Positions 56,166 through 64,000 of a stretch of DNA of 64,000 nucleotides are shown one piece after another. Every line of letters begins with the position of its first letter. Positions within the stretch are counted from its first letter, which is position 1. A program made the position numbers and the translations under genes. Origin of the DNA: Podarcis tiliguerta (lineage: Eukaryota); assembly GCA_965153285.1 (NCBI GenBank), contig OZ229111.1. One strand, given 5' to 3'. The notes under the pieces are model-generated. The model was not told where the DNA came from. It saw nothing but the letters and a program-made list of their open reading frames with translations, and made no database searches.

Positions 56166-58049
56166 GGAGAGAAAGTGGCTTGCCATTACGTTCTGCCGCT
56201 GTGAATAGGTTTGGTTGTGCTTGCTGTGTCTCTGTCCATCTGGCGAGATTTGTATATAACTAGAATTCTCATTCGCGACTAAGAGGGATGGAGGCATTCC
56301 TGAAGAGGCTGGGAAAAGAGGAAGCTTCTTTGCCAGTCCATCTATTATATGTCATCTAGGGAAGGGGGACCAGCCCTGTAGCTTGTGAGTCACTCTCTAC
56401 CTGTGTCTCCCACTGGCAAAGTTTCCCTGGAATCCTTCCCTTTGAGACCTTTTAAGCATATCTGGTGTCCGATTCTTGCTTGTCCTATTGAGGTATGTGT
56501 TTCAGTGTTACGTTACTTGATTATTTTTGAGGAAGCCCTCAAAATCTTGTGCAGTGACTCAGGCAGTGACTGTACTCACTGCATTCTGTGAGTTTCGGTG
56601 TTACTTTGCACACTAATGACACATCCACCTGTTCACTCATGTAGCTGGAAGAGTGTTCTACCAGTAACCCTCAGCGGTGGGCTTTACCAAAGAAAACATG
56701 AAAATCATTCACAACATCTTTGTGTACGTACATTTAAGAATGGTGACAATGACTTAGTCCGAACTTCTCCTAGGTCTCCTTTCTGAAAACCCAGGCACAC
56801 ACCTCAGCAACTGGAATCTTAAATTGGTGAGAGGAATGTCAGGACACAGCAAGTCCTGTACACATGTAAATCCTAATATCCAACTCTCAGTATTCCATGT
56901 TGTGTCCTTGCTCAGCCTCCCTGGCCCACACTGGAGCAGAAAGTAAAATGTTCTTTGGGAAGGTCATCAAATGTAAACAACATTATTAAATATTAGTTGA
57001 CTAAAATTCTGTGGTGGTACTCGCTGACACTAGCAGGAGTGATTCATGACCATGTGAAAGTAATATCTGGAAAGGTTTTCTTTCTTTACACATTTTCTGA
57101 TCATCTAGTTTCTGTTCTCTTCCAGGAATACGAGTCAGGAGGCAGACAGTGCAATCAAGGTATAGAGGAGCAGTCAAGCCACATGACTCCAGTGGTTATA
57201 CAGGTTAGACACAAACATATGAATTTGTTATCTGGGGTGAAAGAACTAGACGTTCCAGAAAAAATGTATAAGCCAGTTCCTTTGCTCCAGTAAACATGCC
57301 ACTCAGCACTGTGCTGTGCATCGTGTTTACTTTTTTCCATGTAAATTGAACTAGCTAGTCGTCATTCATTGCTTTCAAATAAGAACTGCTGCAGTCTAAA
57401 CTGATTGTTTTGTTTTTTAAACAAAAAAATGCCAGTTTGACTGTGGTTTTTCAAGGGTTTTTATAGAAGAGATACGGGTAAGAAAGAGTATCTCTTCTTC
57501 CCCACCTTTCAATATGTTTTATCACAATCGCCATCCTTCAGTCTACTGAAGATTAGTTCCGCTGTTGCCCGGTGTGATAAGACTGCAAACCCCACCCCTC
57601 CCACCCCCCATGTACACTCTGCAATCTGATCACCCTTTTTTTCTTTGTAGAGGCAGAATGTATGAGTGGAGACTGCACCTACTGCTATACATCTGGCCTC
57701 TGCATAACCATTTATGCTCCATGTCCCCTGGGATTCTGTGCTATCATGTGCACCAGCCTGGCTTCAAGCAATGTATATCCAGTATATGTTGCAGAGGCCT
57801 CCAGACCCCGGGCCCCATCACCGTAAGGGCAGAATCTCCAGCAGTTTTAATATAAGGCAGGGTGGGAGACCCTTTGCTGAAAAATCCAGGCATTCAGGCT
57901 GGTTTGTTAAAATGTTGAGGTCCATTTGTGGCTCTTGTCACAAGGACCATACAATGGCTTCAACTATAACAAACCTTTTAAGAGCTAGTGTATGCACTAC
58001 AGCATACAGCTTTATCTATAAAATCTTGGCTTAATGAGAGACATTATTG

Positions 58050-58301
58050 CAGTGGTACCTTGGTTTAAGAACAGCTTAGTTTATGAACAACTTGAATTAA
58101 AAATGCTGCAAACCTGGAAGTAGGTGTTTTGGTTTGTGAACTTTGCCTTGGAAGCAGAACATGCTTTGGTTCCTGTCGAGTGTGTTCCATTTGTAAATTG
58201 AGTCCCCCACTGCTATGAGAAAGCACACATTGGTTTAAGAACGCTTTGGTTTAAGAACGGACTTCCGGAACGGATTAAGTTCGTAAACCAAGGTACCACT
58301 G
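58050..58301. mobile_element. Tigger-like MITE, family D
   Basis: TIRs cagtggtaccttggttta / taaaccaaggtaccactg + TA. Confidence 0.88.
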
Positions 58302-58394
58302 TACAATCAAAGCTAATTGTAGGATAAAAACAATAAATATGGTAATGTACTAATGTAAACACATTCTGCATAAACTCAAATGTGATTTGCTAGC

Positions 58395-58862
58395 ATCATA
58401 GAGCTCGACGGGATCTCAAAGCCAGTGTGGGCCACCTTCCTGCTACTACAGCATCCCTGATAGGTGACCATCCAGCCTCTGCCCATAAACTTATAACGCA
58501 GGAGAATCCACCACCTTCTAAGACAGTGTCTTTTCCACTGTCAGATAGCTTATACAATCAGGCGGTTCTCTAATGTTTAGTCCAAAGCCACTTTCTTGAA
58601 ATTCAGGGCATGTGGTTTTGGTCCTACCTTCTGCAACTACAGAAAACAAACTTGCTCCATCATCTTATGTGAAAGCCATGCAAATATTTAAAGATGGCTA
58701 TTGTAGTCCTTTATTTTTCTCTTCTCTAACCCTATCCAATGCCACCAACCTTTTTTGTATAAGGACTTAGTCTCCTGAGCTCTCAGCTCTTTAGTTGCCC
58801 CCTCCACTGCATATGTTCCAGTTTGTTCAATCTCAGTCTTAAAACTGCGGTGCCCAGACGTC
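58395..58862 (-). mobile_element. CR1 LINE 3' fragment
   Basis: Reverse-complement CR1 motifs (tcatagag...gacc; ccatccagcctctg; gagaatccaccacc; aaatatttaaagatggctat; ttccagtttgttcaatc...ggtgcccaga). Confidence 0.75.
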
Positions 58863-59816
58863 AGTAGCAAAACATTGGTAACTGTTTTTGTGTCAATTCC
58901 ACCAATTTGATACTAAATATTTAAGGGATGGTTCTTGCAGCCGCTCTGAGAGTTATGAAATCAGGGTCGCTGCCCATCCAACCACTTAATCCTCTTGTTT
59001 CTTTACCTAAGGTATGACTGCTGCATAATGAGATCTGTATTGCTGCTTGCTTTTTAGCAGTTAACCTGTGGCCCACCAGCTGATGTTGCACTCGTAACTC
59101 CCATCTGCCTCAGCTAGCACTAGGACCACAAGTCAAAAGCTAACAATAAATCCTCCTGTCTACTTTTTTTTGTTAGGAGTGTGTGAGGGAGAGAACACCA
59201 GCTTTAAAAGCAGTTGTGCTATTAATCTTAACTTTCTAAAACAAGGAATCCTTGTACATTATCTGAATCTTTCACCATTAGGTTGGTGTGCAAGTACAGT
59301 AATGTTAGTTCCACCTTCATGTGTGGGTACCTCTGACAAAAATCACCCTTTTCTGTTAGGAACCTTCATGGACCACTTTGAGTTTGTCTGCATTTACCTA
59401 ATGAATAACTATGAAAAGATGGACAGGAATCATTTCAGCCATTTTTGGCAATACATTTCTTATCTTTTTACCATCCTAGCATGCGTCTGCGAGATGATAT
59501 ACTGGATCTCTTGAGAAAAGCAGAGGTGTCAGCTTAGTCCAAATTAAGGTGCTAGTTTTGCCATAGTATGGTAGGAAAGTGGCAAGCATGTCAGTTTGTT
59601 GGTGTACCCACTATGGGTGAAAGTTAGCAGCTCTCTCATTAGTCCAGTGTGACCCACCCACCTGTCATTTGCAGGCAAGACTAAAGGATTTGTTAAGATA
59701 AGCTTCCCTTTCCAAGGGAACAACCTAAAACTTAGCATCAAGATTACTGCTGGCATCATTTTAACCTTAATTTTTCATGAATAGTGTTTTTTTTCTTTTG
59801 GAAAAAAAGGTAAATC

Positions 59817-59952
59817 TTTATTCCATCTCTCCTTAAGAATATAATCGGCTGCTACATACAACTTTGGGTGTGTGTGACAGAGTTTATTAAAAAAAATTAC
59901 AGGAGGATTAAAAGTGGTCCCCAAAGTGGCCTTGGACTGAGGCATTTTTATT
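59817..59952 (-). terminator. Cluster of three AATAAA signals for SPHK1 (59952-59947, 59888-59883, 59822-59817)
   Basis: TTTATT on the + strand at three positions 330-460 nt beyond the SPHK1 stop; the middle one is followed by GU-rich gttgtatgt on the minus strand. Confidence 0.55.
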
Positions 59953-60279
59953 CACATAGCCACTGCATTGGGATGACAGCAGGTTCTCTGCTTCAGTCGC
60001 AGTTGGTGTGCATAGAAGGTTTGATATTGGATGGAGAGGCAAAACAGAGCTATGGTCTGGAGACCTTCTTCATCTCTTCCTCTGGGCAGTGCAGAGCAGG
60101 AAGACATTGAAACTGCAGGGAAGAGTGAGAGTCTTATGCCCACCGGAGGACAGGCTCCACCATTACTCGTGTTGTAGTTTCAAAAAATGGCTCTGCAAGC
60201 CAAGTTTCCCCTGAGAATTATCCCTGCCAGAGATAGTGTTGGTGATGTGCTGCATCGGGGGTCCTCCCACCCCGCCCCT

Positions 60280-61114
60280 TCAACTCCCTGTGCTGCTGAT
60301 GATGCGGGCAAGCCGCCTGTGCATTTGACCTTGCACAGGTTCGCAGGGCAGCAATTCTCCATCCACAGTCATGGAGCCCTTGCGCACCAGGGGCTCGAGC
60401 CGAAAAGCTTTGACAGGCACATAGTGGAGATAGGGGCTGTTGAGAGCCAGGTGCGTCCCTTTATCCATGGCCATGAAAAACTTGACCATGGAAAGCCGGG
60501 AGACCCCCGCCGTGACGTAGAAGAGGTGGATGGCATCGTCGTACAGCTTGGCTTGGGGGGCCAACAGGAGGTCTGCTCCCAGGTGGGAGTGTTGGATGCA
60601 AATGATGGAGACAAACTCCTCCTCCGGGGCTACAGTCCAGTGCTCAGGAACGGGCTGCTCAAAGGGTACCAGCAAGGAGTCCTCGAGCAAACAGCTCTTG
60701 CTGCTGGCGCACGAAGAGACCGACGGGAAGAAGCTGTATAGGGACTTCTTGCTGCTGAAGGAGAACTGTTCGGAGTGTAGTGCCGACGGGGAGCCGTGTC
60801 CCACCGCAGAGGGTGAAGAGCCAGGGCTGGGGCTCTGGTCGCCGCAGGGCAGGTAGGAGAGGCGGCCCTTGTAGACCTGGAGCGTCGTCAGGAGCTGGAA
60901 CGTGCCCACAGTGAAGCGGGCGCCTCCCAGCTTGCGGTACCTCTCGCTGGCAATGTCCACGTCGGAGATGAAGCCCCAGCCGAAGCTTAGGAAGGAGAAG
61001 AGTCGCTTGCCTGAAGCCGTGTGGAGGGACATGAGATCCATGGGGGCGTGCAGGCCTTTGCAGAGGAAGTAAGTGCAGTTCATGAGCAGCTCCTCCTTGT
61101 TGAAGTGGCCCTTG
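60280..61114 (-). CDS. SPHK1: Sphingosine kinase 1, terminal coding exon (5'-partial; upstream exons lie beyond the window)
   Basis: Minus-strand acceptor ccctttctttctcctgctgcag|C (phase 2). Translation EELLMNCTYFLC...MDLMSLHTASGKRLFSFLSFGWGFISDVDIASERYRKLGGARFTVGT...VPVKAFRLEP...MTVDGE matches the SphK catalytic C-terminal half. SLHTASG is SPHK1-like, and the gene is tail-to-tail with UBE2O as in human. Confidence 0.93.
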
Positions 61115-62199
61115 CTGCAGCAGGAGAAAGAAAGGGAGCGTGTCAAAACAGTGGCACGGAAGGGGCAAGCCCAAGGGTAGTGTGGAAACGGTAGTGGGTT
61201 GCACAAAAGGCCTCCTCTCCTGAAAGTCAAAGGTCCAATTTACCTTCCTCTTCCACAGGGTCGGGGCTGGGACAAAACAGTTTTTGGATTGCTGCTTTGG
61301 TGTCCTTGCATGTTGCCAGTACAATCAGACAGGTAAGCCCAATGCCATCCCTGAGCCACCACCGCCTCCCGTGCTGGAATGACCTAAGGAGGTGACCTCT
61401 GGTGTGGGAGTCAACCATACAGTGCCGGTTTCACTTTAGCTAGGTCATCACACAGCAAGCACAGTATCGGGGTTCTGTTCTCTCAAGGTGTTCATGATAA
61501 GCATTCTATAGGCAGCCCGTTGTCCCAACAGCCCCTTGTAGCCGCGTGAAAAAAGATGGGGCTGAGATGCAGCAGCAGATGGACAAGGGAGCAGCGCCAT
61601 ATTGCAGCTGTCAGGTTTCATCAGCTGAGACTAGCTGGAGTGACCAGAGGGCACTGGACTCTCCCCACCAACATGAATCATCAAAAGTGCCCCCCCCAAG
61701 TAGGGATTTGTGGGTGTCCCATTATGGCTGATGTGCCTTTGGGGCAAAGACACACCTAGAGGCAGCAGTGGGAGAGATGGGAAGCAGGGCCAAGGGCATC
61801 GGCTCTGCGGAGAAACTAGCTCCACTTGACCTGCTCTTGACCCTGAAGCATTTCCATTCAAGCCGTTCATTATACAGACTACAGAACTACTGCCTGGGTT
61901 TGCTGGTTTCCCCCTTAGCCCCTACCGGCAGGCTTGCAGTATAAAAGGACAATTTTATGAATGTGGCTCTGGGAACCACATTGGTGGAAGATCAGGGTAA
62001 AAAAAGAATGCCCCAAAGAAGAGTTTCTACAGTGCTAGGTTTTATAACTGAATGTTTATATCCATTATCAAGTGCTTAAACATCTTCCAGGCATCTGATT
62101 CACGACATCTACTGAAAACCAGTAGGGAGGGAGAGGTCAGTGTTGCCGCTTTTGTGGCAGGAGAAAACTAGGCTTCCATACAGAGGATATCAGAGGTTT

Positions 62200-62355
62200 G
62201 GTCTATTTAGCTCACTATTTTCTGCATTGACAATAGACTGTCTGCCAGGTTTCAAGGTAGGAGCCTTCCCCAGTCTTGCCTGGAGAGGTCAGGAATTGAA
62301 CATAGAGCATTTACTATGAGAATCACATGCTTTACAGACGAGCTATACGCCCTGT
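62200..62355 (-). mobile_element. Decayed tRNA-derived SINE (Squam2-like)
   Basis: Minus strand gggcgtatagctcgtctgtaaagcatgtg...gttcaattcctgacctctccaggcaagactggggaag. Confidence 0.55.
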
Positions 62356-64000
62356 AATTCCCCCTGCTGCCATTTAGTGTTGTTACTGTACAAAATCCTT
62401 CATCCCCAAAGGGGCTGTAGATTCCCCTACAATAAGATATGAAGGGTGAGCAAAGCCACACTATTTAACTTTTAAGAAGAGCAAGCAAGATGGTGGGCCT
62501 GAAGTGTTTTTTGCAACATCTGGAAGGCACCAGCTTGGCTACCCTGTGTCAGTGTCTGAGCAAGGCCTAAGCATGACTCGCTTTGCTCTCTCGGACTGGG
62601 CCCAGATATGCTCTCAAAGCCTTATTTCCCTGAGAATTACACAGCAGCATTAGTTGGGGTGCAGGAGCCAGGTGGCTGAGCCAGCAGGACAGGGAGAGAA
62701 ACGCCCATTAGCGACACCCTCAACCCACCTCATTGCCTCTCCCCTCCCTCCTCAAGATGAAGCCCACGAAGAAATGAGGATTAGTCACAGAGCAGATGGG
62801 AAAGGTGGCCAGCTGTGGAAGGGGCAGAGGCCAGGGCTGGGGGATGTTGGTTGTGATTGCAGGGAGCGGATCGAAACCTGAGCTGAGGACTTGTAATTAA
62901 GCTTCTTTTGTGAATGCACATTGTCCCCCTGATGCCCTTCCTCTTTGACAGCAGTGGTAGGAGATTACAAGACACCATTGGTTGTCAAGGGAAGTCTGTC
63001 AAGTGCAGCTGCCTTGCCAGCCCCACTAAGCAGAAAGATGTGCAATAAACAGGGCAGGAGCAGGTACCAATCTTGGTCCAGCTGCAAGCCTGGTAGAATG
63101 TCAGAATGAGCAAAAGACGGGGGGTTCCCATAGAGTTTTGGTTTTCTGAATGTCTCCTTGCCCTTCTATTCCTTGCAGAACAGAAGCCTGCAAAAGGATA
63201 TCTGCGACTTTGCAGCTTACCATTGCACCACACAACTTAGCCTTCATGCAGGATCTGTTTTTATTTAACCACTCAGTGCTCATATACAGCCCTGAGCACT
63301 CAGTGTGGAATGTGGGCTGGCTTTTTGGATGAGAGTGGGAGATGCCCTTTGCTCAGTCTCACCCTATGTAGCCTTTGAAATCATGCTGCCCCATGACCCA
63401 CCTTTCATGCTTTCCTCCAATGTGGGGACTGTATTAGGGTTCCTGCATCTTTTTAAACACCATAAATTTTATATTGACAAAAGATAGATAATTCAGCATG
63501 GAGGGGTTGTTCTGGGAGCTCAACATAACTGTGGTGGCTGCTAGAAATCAGCCATGTGCTGGTGCCACTACACACACACACACACACACAAAATTTCATG
63601 CTTTTAGCCAACTGTAAAGCCAGGTGTGCGCAAACAGGATTCTGTTGCTAGTGGCACCTGCGCACCACCAGTTCAGCATGTGCCATAAGCCAAATGGGCG
63701 GGAAGTAGTTTCACACACCCTCACTTACCCCAAGGCCTGAGGTTCCTAGGATGGAGAAGTCCCAGGACCCAAACTTCACACATGCAATTATGGGTACATG
63801 GCCAGCCCAATACATTTTGCTGCCTGAAGCTGGATAGTGCACACACCCAAACTCCACAATTTGTTAGCACCAAAGCTAGCAAAGCTGACGGGTGAATCTG
63901 CCCCCAGCATTGGAGAGGAAATGGAATCTTCCACCTGAGAACACTAGGTTAGTTGAGCAGGTGTAGGGCAAGCTGTGTGGCACACTTGACCCTGTCCTCC

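Larger units (their letters stand above)
53498..56190 (+). other. UBE2O: UBE2O 3' UTR (putative, ~2.7 kb)
   Basis: Stretch after the stop codon with no recognisable transposons, ending in an AU-rich segment with AATAAA and a GU-rich downstream element. Confidence 0.6.

Noticed and set aside
60145-60282. Stop-codon read-through extension of SPHK1
   Set aside because: TGA-A context is not the read-through-prone TGA-CTAG, and the downstream peptide shows no similarity to the mammalian tail
60187-60856. Plus-strand ORFs (184 aa, 108 aa) over the SPHK1 exon, and similar antisense ORFs over UBE2O exons 9, 10, 14 and 18
   Set aside because: Shadow ORFs expected opposite GC3-rich coding exons
60280-61114. 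SPHK2 as an alternative identity
   Set aside because: The SLHTASG motif, the shorter loop insert and adjacency to UBE2O all favour SPHK1
61115-61230. N-terminal extension of the 316-aa SPHK ORF, or the idea that it is an intronless retrogene
   Set aside because: Homology begins exactly at a pyrimidine tract + CAG acceptor at the conserved phase-2 boundary; the extension is intron sequence with a TTG start

Overview
Vertebrate genomic DNA, almost certainly a squamate and probably a lacertid lizard (inferred from Sauria/Squam SINEs plus Tigger, Tc2 and hAT MITEs). The + strand holds 17 coding exons (orthologous to human exons 2-18) of UBE2O, the E2/E3 hybrid ubiquitin-conjugating enzyme. They run 23079-53497, all GT-AG with consistent phases, and give 3561 nt = 1186 aa + stop. 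Exon 1 lies upstream of the window, so 1-23078 is intron 1. A ~2.7 kb 3' UTR ends near AATAAA 56160. The - strand holds the terminal coding exon of SPHK1 (61114-60280), tail-to-tail with UBE2O as in human. Introns carry many SINEs, CR1/L2 LINE fragments and DNA-transposon MITEs. Main observations: (1) a decayed antisense copy of the 5' end (Kozak, start codon, probable 5' UTR) of CDC42BPB/MRCK-beta inside UBE2O intron 9; (2) inverted L2 copies closely flanking exons 6-14, a circRNA-type architecture; (3) a divergent CTCF-like motif pair in intron 12; (4) a triple-nested SINE/MITE/SINE insertion; (5) a MITE with a pre-miRNA-like hairpin; (6) an expanded SPHK1 regulatory loop and a short SPHK1 C-terminus. 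Human protein comparisons and repeat-family names are from memory and need database confirmation. No prokaryotic-type system (CRISPR, operon) is present.
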